Source: Candidatus Zambryskibacteria bacterium CG10_big_fil_rev_8_21_14_0_10_42_12 (GTDB lineage: Bacteria > Patescibacteriota > Minisyncoccia > Phycocordibacterales > 1-14-0-10-42-12). Taken from it: a stretch of DNA of 64,000 nucleotides. Under the pieces are notes generated by a model, which saw only the letters and a program-made list of their open reading frames with translations, made no database searches and was not told the DNA's origin. Position numbers and translations under genes: made by a program. The DNA is taken from contig PCXL01000011.1 in assembly GCA_002787695.1 (NCBI GenBank), forward strand, positions 138,250-202,249, read 5' to 3'. Below, piece after piece: positions 35,688-45,268 of this stretch. How positions within the stretch are numbered: position 1 is the stretch's first letter; each line of letters starts with the position of its first letter.

Positions 35688-36045
35688 CGTTGATTATACA
35701 CACAAGAATTCTAGTATTGAATTAGACAAATATTGACTTTTATCTAAATACTTGCTATTGTGGCTTGCGTAAGGAATCTCCCCACATGCTTAGGGCATTT
35801 TAGAAAGAGAAGCCCTACAGCAGATAATCGAAGCTTTATATCTATTACTGCTTTATTTAACCAGAACTTTGTTTAAAATTCTGGACTACTACGAATTCGT
35901 ATAACGGGCTGCAAACCAGCGCTTCGAAAACCTCAACGTAACGCTGTTATGTTTCGCTTTTCTCAGCGAGTTTTCGCCTCGTTCTACATCTTCTCGTTAC
36001 GTCAATAATTTTAAACAAAGTTCTTATCCCTAAGGGTGCTTATTT

Positions 36046-37350
36046 ATGTATAAAACAAAAAACAATTTTAAAAGTGGCAAGCGGTCATTTGGTGGTCGCG
36101 GCTCATTTCAGAAACGACGTGGCAGCCAGAATCATGGTTCTCGCGGTCGTGGTCCGAAACCTTCGTATATCGATGAATCGAAGCTTATTAATCGTGCAGA
36201 AGTAGAAACTGTTACTGAAGCGTATGTACCGACACATACGTTTAATGACTTTGCGGTTGATGAACGGATTAAACAAAACTTGTCACGAAGCGGTTTTGTA
36301 ACGCCAACACCTATTCAGGATCAGACAATTCCACATGCGCTCAAAGGAAGAGATGTCGTAGGTATTGCAAACACCGGAACAGGAAAAACGCTCGCGTTTA
36401 TCTTGCCGCTTTTGGATAAGGCACTCAAAAACCCACGTGAGAAAATGCTCATCGTAGCGCCGACTCGTGAGCTTGCACAACAGATCGAAGCAGAGCTATT
36501 TAAGTTTACAAAAGGACTTAATATCTTTTCTGTTGTGGGTGTAGGTGGTCTGCCTATTTACAAGCAAATATCGTTCTTGAAGCGCGGGTATACATTTGTG
36601 ATCGGTACACCAGGGCGCCTCATGGACTTGCGAGACCGCAAAGCACTTGATTTTTCAAAGTTCAATACAGTTGTACTCGACGAAGCAGACCGCATGTTAG
36701 ACATGGGATTTATTAAAGACATTGAATCGATGCTTAAAGAAATGCCGGCGAATCGTCAGACACTCTTTTTCTCAGCGACTATGTCACGAGAAATCGAAGC
36801 ACTTATCGGACGATTTTTGAAAGACCATGTGACCGTATCTGTAAAGACACGCGAGACATCAAAGACTATTGATCAGGACGTGGTGCGTATTAACGGAGGT
36901 GCATCAAAACTTGAAACTTTGGCAGAAATGCTCATTAAAGAAGAATTTGAAAAAGTACTTATCTTCGGAAAAACAAAACGAGGTGTAGAAGATCTGTCAC
37001 GATCACTCGTAGCGAAAGGTTTTAAATCCGAATCTGTTCATGGTGATAAGGCACAGTCACAAAGACAGCGATCCCTCCTTGCCTTTAAACGAAACAATGT
37101 GCAAATCCTTGTTGCAACGGATGTGGCCGCACGTGGTCTTGATATCCCAAATGTGAGTCATGTGATCAACTTTGATATGCCAGCAACATATGAAGACTAT
37201 GTGCACCGTATCGGACGAACTGGTCGTGGTGGTAAAACAGGAAAGGCACTTACGTTTGTTGAAGAACGTGCACCTAGACATTCACAAGGAGACAGACCAA
37301 AAAGGCAGTTTACACCACAAAGACACGCAGCAAACCGCTATAGTCGGTAA
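36046..37350 (+). CDS. DEAD-box ATP-dependent RNA helicase with an N-terminal Arg/Gly-rich tail
   Basis: Q-motif (FAVDERIKQNL...PTPIQ), motif I ANTGTGKTLAF, motif II VLDEADRML, SAT, and motif VI HRIGRTGRGG. The N-terminal tail is GKRSFGGRGSFQKRRGSQNHGSRGRG. Confidence 0.9.
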   Translation: MYKTKNNFKSGKRSFGGRGSFQKRRGSQNHGSRGRGPKPSYIDESKLINRAEVETVTEAYVPTHTFNDFAVDERIKQNLSRSGFVTPTPIQDQTIPHALKGRDVVGIANTGTGKTLAFILPLLDKALKNPREKMLIVAPTRELAQQIEAELFKFTKGLNIFSVVGVGGLPIYKQISFLKRGYTFVIGTPGRLMDLRDRKALDFSKFNTVVLDEADRMLDMGFIKDIESMLKEMPANRQTLFFSATMSREIEALIGRFLKDHVTVSVKTRETSKTIDQDVVRINGGASKLETLAEMLIKEEFEKVLIFGKTKRGVEDLSRSLVAKGFKSESVHGDKAQSQRQRSLLAFKRNNVQILVATDVAARGLDIPNVSHVINFDMPATYEDYVHRIGRTGRGGKTGKALTFVEERAPRHSQGDRPKRQFTPQRHAANRYSR

Positions 37351-37360
37351 ACAAAATTGA

Positions 37361-37705
37361 GTGTTTGTGGTAGGTTGGGTATACTATTGGTATATGTCAG
37401 CAGAAAGTGAACTAAAAATGGTAGAGAGTCGTATTGAGCGTTTAGTCCAAGAAATTGAGAAGCTTCAATTTAATTTGGAGGCTGAAGAAAATAAACAGAA
37501 ACAGGTGCAACAACAAATCGATAAACAAACTCAAGAACTTGATAAGCACAACAAAGAAGTCAGCAGGATCAAACAATTAATTTTAAAAATGGATAAAGAT
37601 CGTATCCAAGAAGAAAATCGTAAAAATAAGCTTGCTACAGAAGTTGCAAACGAGGAAAGAAAAAAACAGGAAGAAGACATGGCAAAACGTAATAAAGCAG
37701 CATAA
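37361..37705 (+). CDS. Hypothetical coiled-coil protein
   Basis: Heptad-rich, charged sequence (ERLVQEIEKLQFNLEAEENKQKQVQQQIDKQTQELDKHNKE). The start may be 37394. Confidence 0.4.
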   Translation: MFVVGWVYYWYMSAESELKMVESRIERLVQEIEKLQFNLEAEENKQKQVQQQIDKQTQELDKHNKEVSRIKQLILKMDKDRIQEENRKNKLATEVANEERKKQEEDMAKRNKAA

Positions 37706-37712
37706 AACAAAT

Positions 37713-37748
37713 AACCCCTCACATGGGTCCCATGTGAGGGGTTATTTT
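37713..37748. terminator. Bidirectional intrinsic terminator
   Basis: aacccctcacatggg-tcc-catgtgaggggtt, flanked by A/T runs. Confidence 0.7.
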
Positions 37749-37769
37749 GTGTACACGGAGTTGAGTTAA

Positions 37770-39479
37770 TTAGTCATCATCTTCCTCATCGCCGTCATTA
37801 TCATCATTGAGCTTCTTAATCTTTTTGATGAAATCGAAAGCGTCATCTAATCGGTCAAACCTGTTAGCATTATATCGTGCGTAGTATGAGGTTTTGCCAG
37901 ATGCTACATAACTTACACACTGACCTTGGTTCTTGAATCCTAGATCTGGGTAGTTTTGCCACCCGCCTTTCTTACAATCATCCTTGTCCTCTGGCTCATC
38001 ACCGTGGTCGTCATTGTCGTCATCATCGTCATCTCCGTTTTCATCATCTTCTACTGTAGTGGTATGAGAATCACTGTTGTTTGAGAGATTCGTATCAGTG
38101 TCGTCATCACTACTATCTGCTGTTGCAGTGTTTATGATAGTACCAGTTGCGTTTGCTAGTACACGTATATGAAGTGTTGCAGATTCATCATCGGCAAGTG
38201 TGCCAACTATCCACTTGCTCGTAGATGCCGTGTATGTACCTTTCGTAGATGAAGCACTCTTGAATTCAAGACCACTAGGTAATACATCTGTCACTACAAC
38301 GTCTGTCGCTTCTTCAGGACCATTATTTGTAACGATAATGGTGTATGTGAATTTGTGATCAATTTCTACTGTATTTGTTGCTGTCTTTGAGATAGCAAGG
38401 TCAATGTTGTTATCTTCCTCTACAACTGTTTCGTCGATGTTGAATTCACGAGTGAGGCGAAGATCTGGCTGACCCGCATCATCTGTTGGATTAAAGATGA
38501 AACAATATGTACCAGGAGTGGTGGTGCTAGTATCAATCGTTGCACTGAATGATGCTCCGTTCCATGAGAATACATCACTTTTACCATCTACGTTTCCAAA
38601 GACTGTCGTCGTTGCTGCTACACAAGTTCCTGCGCGTACGGCCCACTGCACTGCGTCGTCGTTTATATCATCCCCATCATCATATGTTGCGGACAATGTT
38701 GTTGTGCCAGTAACATGTTGATTTTCGGTGGGAGCAGTAATAGCGCCAACTGGTTCAATCATCGTTTCACTTGGCTCAAAGTCAAAGATATTGGTATGCT
38801 CGTCAATTTCAATGATGAAATTGTCTACATTACCTTCAAATCCTCCTGCCCAGGGTCCGCCTGCTTTGAATTGAATAGCGCCTGTTGTTGTGCCTGCATT
38901 TCGTACGCCTGCATTAGGGAATGCCGTGAGTACCTCAGTCCATGTACATGGATTGCTTTGAGGACATGTTGCGTCACCTGGGGCGCCTGAAAACCACCAG
39001 TTTCCGTCAGGTGCATTGTCGAGCGTGTTCCATGTCTGCCATTCTCCTGTGTTAACGGTATTCGTAAAGTATGGTTCGTACACGAGACGACCTTGCCATG
39101 TGGTTGTTGCGTCTGTGGTGTCCGTGTCAATATCTAACTGGAGTGATGGAGCTAGTGCGGCTGTACCTGTTGCGCGGTAGCTGTTGTACGCAAGTGTTTC
39201 AATAGTATCAAGTCGTATTCCTTGGAATGAAAATGTACCAAGAAGGAGACGGCCTGTATCGTCAACACTCATATGAGCGCTACCTTCGCCTGCAGGCGCT
39301 GTCAAAGGTCCGAGCTCAAATGAGCCGTTACCTTCTGCTATTTCCTCATAAAACCACCAGTCATTCATGTTGTCCGGAGAAACTACTGTGGTGGTGCTAT
39401 GATCGGCGAGCACAAACAGTGGACCCGCGATCAGTGCAGTAGCAGCTCCTATTGATATAAGAATTTTTTTATATGTCAT
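37770..39479 (-). CDS. Secreted surface protein with a DUF11 repeat domain and a C-terminal poly-Asp/Glu tail
   Basis: Signal peptide (KKILISIGAATALIAGPLFVLA). A DUF11-like segment (TYTIIVTNNGPEEATDVVVTDVLPSGLEF...GTL..ESATLHIRV). A C-terminus of ENGDDDDDDNDDHGDEPEDKDD...DDNDGDEEDDD. Confidence 0.6.
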   Translation of the reverse strand: MTYKKILISIGAATALIAGPLFVLADHSTTTVVSPDNMNDWWFYEEIAEGNGSFELGPLTAPAGEGSAHMSVDDTGRLLLGTFSFQGIRLDTIETLAYNSYRATGTAALAPSLQLDIDTDTTDATTTWQGRLVYEPYFTNTVNTGEWQTWNTLDNAPDGNWWFSGAPGDATCPQSNPCTWTEVLTAFPNAGVRNAGTTTGAIQFKAGGPWAGGFEGNVDNFIIEIDEHTNIFDFEPSETMIEPVGAITAPTENQHVTGTTTLSATYDDGDDINDDAVQWAVRAGTCVAATTTVFGNVDGKSDVFSWNGASFSATIDTSTTTPGTYCFIFNPTDDAGQPDLRLTREFNIDETVVEEDNNIDLAISKTATNTVEIDHKFTYTIIVTNNGPEEATDVVVTDVLPSGLEFKSASSTKGTYTASTSKWIVGTLADDESATLHIRVLANATGTIINTATADSSDDDTDTNLSNNSDSHTTTVEDDENGDDDDDDNDDHGDEPEDKDDCKKGGWQNYPDLGFKNQGQCVSYVASGKTSYYARYNANRFDRLDDAFDFIKKIKKLNDDNDGDEEDDD

Positions 39480-39596
39480 ATAAGATTTTAAATAATAAAA
39501 TAATAATGAGAGGGATACACACCCTTCAAAGTAAAGACGTATGAGAAATATAAATATTACCTCTCAAGTAAATTAGACAACCAAATACGTAAATGT

Positions 39597-40286
39597 CTAT
39601 CCTTGTAAAATTCCGAGGGCAGTGAGGAAACGAGAAAGTTCATCACCCTCAAGGTATCGGTATTCACCAGGTTTTAGATTGCCCAGCTTGATGTTCATAA
39701 TACGAATGCGACAGAGCTCTCTGACTTCATTAAACAAAGCAACGACCATGCGTCGTATTTGGTGGCGCTTGCCTTCGGTTAGTATAATTTTGAATTTATT
39801 TTCACCGAGTATATCTACACGGGTTGGTTTTGTAGTATATCCTTCGATTTTTACGCCGCCTTCCATCTTCTCTTTAAAGCTTGAGCGAAGTTTATCTTTG
39901 GTTGTGACGAGATATTCTTTTTCGTGTCCTGATTCTGGGTTGAGTAATTTGTCAGTAAGACGCCCGTCATTGGTGAGGATAATGAGTCCGTGAGAATTTT
40001 TATCGAGTCTGCCAACTGGAAATACTCCTTTGATATCAAGTATGTCTTTTATTTCTTGCTCAGATCCTTGCGGAGAGTGAGTTACGATTCCTACCGGTTT
40101 GTTAAAGGCTAGGTATACGTATTTATTCTTTTGCTTCCTTCGTACTTCGACTTTGTCAGTTTTTGAGATTGTTTGACCCAAGACAGCTTTTTTCCCATTC
40201 ACAAATACAAATCCTTTTTCAATAAGATTATCGGCCTCTCGTCTAGTCGCGATACCTGTATGGGCTAGGTATTTATTTATGCGCAT
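39597..40286 (-). CDS. Pseudouridine synthase, RsuA/RluB family (S4 domain + catalytic domain)
   Basis: MRINKYLAHTGIATRREADNLIEKGFVFVNGK is the S4 domain. The catalytic Asp motif is HGLIILTNDGRLTDKL, with a conserved KEY region. Start chosen at MRINKYL (40286). Confidence 0.8.
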   Translation of the reverse strand: MRINKYLAHTGIATRREADNLIEKGFVFVNGKKAVLGQTISKTDKVEVRRKQKNKYVYLAFNKPVGIVTHSPQGSEQEIKDILDIKGVFPVGRLDKNSHGLIILTNDGRLTDKLLNPESGHEKEYLVTTKDKLRSSFKEKMEGGVKIEGYTTKPTRVDILGENKFKIILTEGKRHQIRRMVVALFNEVRELCRIRIMNIKLGNLKPGEYRYLEGDELSRFLTALGILQG

Positions 40287-40394
40287 GGGATATTTCTCCG
40301 GTTCCATAAGAGGCGAGTATAACACTATTTATCTAAAATTTGAATTATTTTTTAAATATGGTAAAAATATGTTGGGTTTGATCTAGGAGGAAGC

Positions 40395-40586
40395 TTGAAA
40401 ATCGATACGTATGAAATTGCGGGAGAGCTAGGAGGATTCGTGATTCTCTTCGTTTGGCCACCTTACTGGCTCAGCGGGTTGAAAACTGAATCTGGCGCCG
40501 CAAAGAAGGCACTGCTCTCAGGTGTGCTCGTCGCAAACAGTGCGATTATCGGAGCAGGCTTGATGGCGCTCTCTTTGTTTTGGTAG
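40395..40586 (+). CDS. Candidate 63-aa membrane peptide
   Basis: Two hydrophobic stretches, followed by a GC hairpin terminator (cggccgcaacc-tacg-ggttgcggccg, 40597-40625). Confidence 0.25.
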   Translation: MKIDTYEIAGELGGFVILFVWPPYWLSGLKTESGAAKKALLSGVLVANSAIIGAGLMALSLFW

Positions 40587-40660
40587 CTCTCACAGACGGC
40601 CGGCCGCAACCTACGGGTTGCGGCCGTACCTATTTTATTTGTTACAATAAAGTAACTGGT

Positions 40661-41242
40661 ATGACTCATGCGACACGAAAAATTTTTCTGCAAATTATTG
40701 CAGTCGCGCTCATTTTAATATTTGCGCTCTACATAGCGTATCTAGCACAAGGGAGTGATACGATCCAACAAATCGTTCTTGATTATGGATACGTCGGTAT
40801 TTTTCTACTTGCCTTTGCTACCGGTTTTAATCTGGTGGTACCTATTCCGGCTATCGCTTTTATGCCACTCTTTTTGGAATCTGGACTCGATTTTTGGGTC
40901 ACGATTATGCTCATTACTGTTGGTATTACAGCAGCTGATTCATTTGCGTATCTAATCGGCGGCATAGGTCATGACATGCTTATGAAAAATGAAAAATACA
41001 GAAGGGAACGATCGATATTTCAGAAACTTCTTATATTAAAGAAAAAGCATGTATATGCACCACTCATTTTTCTTTTTTTCTACTCAATTATAGCCCCGCT
41101 TCCAAACGAACTCATGGTTATTCCGCTCGCGCTTTTGGGTTATAGGTATCTACAAATTTTCCCCATAGTCCTTGTGGGCAATTTCATCTTTAATATTATT
41201 TATGCACAGGGAGTTGAGGGTTTATTTGAACTTTTTATGTAA
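40661..41242 (+). CDS. DedA/VTT-like integral membrane protein (putative)
   Basis: YGYVGIFLLAFATGFNLVVPIPAIAFMPLFLESG resembles the DedA/TVP38 core. About 5 transmembrane helices. Confidence 0.45.
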   Translation: MTHATRKIFLQIIAVALILIFALYIAYLAQGSDTIQQIVLDYGYVGIFLLAFATGFNLVVPIPAIAFMPLFLESGLDFWVTIMLITVGITAADSFAYLIGGIGHDMLMKNEKYRRERSIFQKLLILKKKHVYAPLIFLFFYSIIAPLPNELMVIPLALLGYRYLQIFPIVLVGNFIFNIIYAQGVEGLFELFM

Positions 41243-41328
41243 GTTGTTCTCAATATAGATTGAGGTAGCTTTTGAATCTTAGATAGATTATAATATAAAG
41301 TTGTTTAGTATTTAAAATACTGTTTTTT

Positions 41329-44300
41329 ATGTATATCGGCACTACCAGAGAAAAAATGCTTTTGATCATATCTAGTATACTGTTCGTTGGTGGTTTATTT
41401 TTTTATTTTACAATATTTCGTATTGCGCATGCGGCGGCGATAACATCTGCACAAACTGGAAACTGGTCTGATACGTCGACGTGGACCGGTGGTGTGGTGC
41501 CAGGTGATGGAGATACAGTCACTATTTCAAATGGACATACAGTGACGGTGAATACTGATACTATCGTAGGGGCGAGTGGAGCGGCACTTAGAGGTTCGCT
41601 CACTACAGTGGGTCAGCAGGATTCTGGTTCGGGCTATACGGGGGCATCGTCTTGCTCTGCTGCATTTAGTGGAGGATCTGGTTCAGGTGCTACGGCATCA
41701 TGTGCTATCAATGGCGATGGTGTAACGGTGACTCTAACATCTGGTGGCACATGGTATTCTTCTGATCCTACAATCACTATTAGTTGTACGGGTTGTGGTG
41801 GCACGCCCACACAACCGACTTTTGATCCATCCGGTAATTATGGTGGAACAGCTGCTATCACTTTGTCAGGTACAGGGAGGATTAATGTTGCGGAAGATGT
41901 AAGTTTAACAGTTAAGGGTGATATTGCCTACACAACCGGCAGTGTGCAAAATACATATTTTTATATGAATCCGGGTAGCAGTTTAATTTTTGATGCAAGT
42001 GACTCTGCGGACCCAACAAATTATAGGTATGTTATCGGACAGCACAATACTGGATTTGGGTATAGAGAATTTTTTGCTGATTGTACGAGCGCTAAACGAT
42101 GTACAGTCACATCAGATGCGGGGGGAGCAAATGCTATGTTTGGTATGAGAGGAAATGCCTATGGGGGCACAGTCATTGCTCATTATACTGATTTTTCTCG
42201 GTTGGGTACTGCGACCGTAAACGCGTTTGAAGCATGGAGTTTTGCCAGTGCAGTCGGTAAGCCTAATTGGAATGTTACAAACTCCACATTTGATTCAATA
42301 GGTGGCATTTATCTCATAGCAATGCCGCAGGCAGATGAAGACATGATACACAATTATAATGTACATACGAATAGTCTTGTTGACAACAGTCTTTATTTTG
42401 GGGCTAGTGCAACCGTAACAACGGGTACTCGAGAATTGATAGGCAATGTTTTTGATAAGATAGTAGGAAAAAGTATAAACAATGCAACATCTCTTTGGAC
42501 TGGTTTTACGGTTACAGATAATTATTTTGCGTTTGCGCCTAGTATATCTGTTACCGGGGATACTATTAGATGGACAGAATTTACAAGAAACCTCATTCGT
42601 TCTCTTGGTGGTATAACTGCTGGCGGAAATATTAGTTGGACCTATATGATCAATGACCATGATAATGGGGATCCACATTATTTTGCTACGCCAGCTACGT
42701 ATACGTCTGGTGTGACACATACGTACAATATTTTTGAATTATCTGGGGAAGAAGCAATTAGTGGTGGCGATGGTTGTCTTGACCCTTCCTCAAATCCATC
42801 AAGCTTGGTGACTATGGAATGTTCGTATACACTGTCTTTGCCGAGTTCTGAAACAACATCAGGAGTACAAGGTTCTACTGCAAACATTATTACTATGTAT
42901 GGTGGTAAGACTAATAACAGAGTTATTGGAAACCACAATACTGCAATGAATAACAACATTCTCTTTCTTGCGACCGCAGGCGGAAATAACCCTTCTGGGA
43001 GTATAACGTCTTTGAGAAGTAATATGATCTATAGCTTTGCGTCGACTACTGCAAAGATTTTTGATAACAATGTAGGTGGAACACCTAGTACTGATCTTTG
43101 TGAAAGCGAAGGTGTTTGTGATTATAACTTTGGATATAATTTTAAAGAAACAACGGGTTCAGTTAATTATACCAATGAAGAAAATGGGTATCTCGCTGCG
43201 TGGAGTGCTCTTGATATGGGGCCACCCTCCGGTGTAGGTGCTAACGATGTTACAGCTGACCCAGAATTTCTTGATCCAACAAGAAGTTTTGTAAACTTTG
43301 ACACTGGATATCTAAGTAAGGCAACAGGTACACCGTGGTCTTCGGGCACTTCATATAGTGTAGGCGATATTGTGTCGCATTCAGACTCAACCGTTTATTC
43401 AGGAAGGACTATTAATTTTCGTGCCACATCAACACATATTGCTTCTACTGATAATGAACCAGGTGTAGGTGCCAATTGGCGTGGTTATTGGGAGTGGTCA
43501 GCACTGTACTGGGTAAGACAAGGTGTTGCCAATCAAGATACATATACTGATACAACGATTGGGGCTACAGACGACGGTATTATTGAAACGCTCATGAAGT
43601 GGGTACGATATGGTTATTCACCAACCAACGCAGCGTATCGCAACGCAGGACATGACGGTGTTACTGTAGGTGCTGTTGAATTTGTTGATACGACTGCCCC
43701 AACTGTTTCTATATCTGCTCCAACAAATGCCGCATCTGTGAGTGGAACAGTTACACTCACTGCGTCTGCAACTGATGATGTGTCCGTTTCTTTGGTTCAG
43801 TTTAAACTGGATGGTTCAAACATTGCTTCGAGTTTATCTTCAAGCCCGTATACAACTACGTGGGATAGCACAACTGTTTCTGATGGTACATATACACTGA
43901 TAGCAGTAGCGTCCGATGGTACAAATACTGCTACATCTACATCAATTTCAATCACTGTTTCAAATACAAGTTCTGACATAGTCGAAAGTGGTCGAGGTGC
44001 TGGCGCACTGTACACGGCAGAAGAAGAGAAAGAACGGACACTATTGCGAGAAATGGAAAGGCAGGTCCGTGATCTCCAAGAAAAGTTGAAAGCTCTTCTA
44101 TCTGGTAGCAATTTATCAGATACAATTAATAATTCATCTACGTGTCTGTTTGAGAAAGACTTATATGTAGGATCTCAAGGGGAGGATGTTCGTTGTTTAC
44201 AACAATATTTAAATAATAATGGGTATGTACTTGCAGAATCAGGGATTGGTTCGCCAGGCAATGAGAGTACGTTTTTTGGGTTGTTAACAAAAAATACACT

Positions 44301-44424
44301 CAAGACATTCCAAGAATTTTATGGAGATGTTATTCTTAAACCACTCGGGTTAACCTCTGGCACTGGCTATTTTGGTGAGTCTACACGTACATTTATAAAT
44401 AAAACTATAACCAATGAAAATTAA
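41329..44424 (+). CDS. Large (1031 aa) cell-surface protein: N-terminal anchor, Gly/Thr/Ser-rich beta-helix-like region, Ig-like (Big) domains, C-terminal peptidoglycan-binding domain
   Basis: Signal/transmembrane segment (LLIISSILFVGGLFFYFTIF). Repeats of the form SGxG/TxTxT. Ig-like segments (APTVSISAPTNAASVSGTVTLTASATDDVSVSLVQFKLDG...TYTLIAVASDG). The C-terminal LYVGSQGEDVRCLQQYLNNNGYVL...FGLLTKNTLKTFQEFYG matches PG_binding_1. Confidence 0.65.
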   Translation: MYIGTTREKMLLIISSILFVGGLFFYFTIFRIAHAAAITSAQTGNWSDTSTWTGGVVPGDGDTVTISNGHTVTVNTDTIVGASGAALRGSLTTVGQQDSGSGYTGASSCSAAFSGGSGSGATASCAINGDGVTVTLTSGGTWYSSDPTITISCTGCGGTPTQPTFDPSGNYGGTAAITLSGTGRINVAEDVSLTVKGDIAYTTGSVQNTYFYMNPGSSLIFDASDSADPTNYRYVIGQHNTGFGYREFFADCTSAKRCTVTSDAGGANAMFGMRGNAYGGTVIAHYTDFSRLGTATVNAFEAWSFASAVGKPNWNVTNSTFDSIGGIYLIAMPQADEDMIHNYNVHTNSLVDNSLYFGASATVTTGTRELIGNVFDKIVGKSINNATSLWTGFTVTDNYFAFAPSISVTGDTIRWTEFTRNLIRSLGGITAGGNISWTYMINDHDNGDPHYFATPATYTSGVTHTYNIFELSGEEAISGGDGCLDPSSNPSSLVTMECSYTLSLPSSETTSGVQGSTANIITMYGGKTNNRVIGNHNTAMNNNILFLATAGGNNPSGSITSLRSNMIYSFASTTAKIFDNNVGGTPSTDLCESEGVCDYNFGYNFKETTGSVNYTNEENGYLAAWSALDMGPPSGVGANDVTADPEFLDPTRSFVNFDTGYLSKATGTPWSSGTSYSVGDIVSHSDSTVYSGRTINFRATSTHIASTDNEPGVGANWRGYWEWSALYWVRQGVANQDTYTDTTIGATDDGIIETLMKWVRYGYSPTNAAYRNAGHDGVTVGAVEFVDTTAPTVSISAPTNAASVSGTVTLTASATDDVSVSLVQFKLDGSNIASSLSSSPYTTTWDSTTVSDGTYTLIAVASDGTNTATSTSISITVSNTSSDIVESGRGAGALYTAEEEKERTLLREMERQVRDLQEKLKALLSGSNLSDTINNSSTCLFEKDLYVGSQGEDVRCLQQYLNNNGYVLAESGIGSPGNESTFFGLLTKNTLKTFQEFYGDVILKPLGLTSGTGYFGESTRTFINKTITNEN

Positions 44425-44845
44425 AAGAGCATTTCTCGCTAGTATGTATACATACCTCGCTTCACTTGCGGTAGCTATTATTGGTGCATTTATTTTTAAT
44501 GCAGGAACGGCAGATCCAAACGAGATTCATCCGGTATTGTGGATTGTTGGCGTGCTTGGTCCGATTGTTTTCGCATGGATTTTTTCTACGTGGTATTTTC
44601 GAGGATCACATGTGGCCCAAGGTCGCGGACAAGGTTTGTTGCTCGGAATCCTGATGATTATTACTGGATTTGTACTCGATGTTATAACAGTTTTACCTAC
44701 GGCAGGAGGGTTTGATAACGCGATTACATTGCTCGTCTCATATTACACACAGTGGGCATTTTGGGTTACTGCTGTACTCGTCATTTTTATGTGTGTTCTT
44801 GTTGGTGGCAATGTCCGCCAAGCAGCAAGCTCTAGTTCATCATAA
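44414..44845 (+). CDS. Hypothetical 4-transmembrane membrane protein
   Basis: Hydrophobic helices and a Ser-rich C-terminus; no recognised domain. Confidence 0.4.
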   Translation: MKIKRAFLASMYTYLASLAVAIIGAFIFNAGTADPNEIHPVLWIVGVLGPIVFAWIFSTWYFRGSHVAQGRGQGLLLGILMIITGFVLDVITVLPTAGGFDNAITLLVSYYTQWAFWVTAVLVIFMCVLVGGNVRQAASSSSS

Positions 44846-44850
44846 TTAAT

Positions 44851-45264
44851 ATGTGGATTGTCTATGCGTTACTTGCAGCCTTGTTTGCTGCACTTGTCGC
44901 ACTATTTGGAAAGGTGGGACTTAAAAATGTAGACTCAACACTTGCTACCGCAGTACGTAGTATTGTTATGGCCGGTTTTTTGGTTGTTACCGCAGTTAGT
45001 CTAGGCAAGATAAAACTTCTTGGCACGATTGATTCTAAAGCACTCACCTTTATTATTCTCTCTGGTATTGCAGGAGCTTTATCATGGCTCTGCTATTTTT
45101 TGGCACTTAAAATCGGCCCAACTTCTGGAGTAGCAGCACTCGATAGGCTAAGTGTTGTCTTCGTCGTGATTCTTGCCGCTTTATTTCTCGCAGAATCCAT
45201 TACATGGAAAACTGGTCTTGGTGCTAGTTTAATCACAATTGGCGCTTTATTATTTGTACTATAG
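44851..45264 (+). CDS. EamA-like (DMT superfamily) half-size 4-transmembrane transporter
   Basis: 137 aa with 4 transmembrane helices, and GALSWLCYFLALKIGPTSGVAALDRLSVVFVVILAALFLAE, which resembles the EamA repeat. Confidence 0.5.
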   Translation: MWIVYALLAALFAALVALFGKVGLKNVDSTLATAVRSIVMAGFLVVTAVSLGKIKLLGTIDSKALTFIILSGIAGALSWLCYFLALKIGPTSGVAALDRLSVVFVVILAALFLAESITWKTGLGASLITIGALLFVL

Positions 45265-45268
45265 ATAT

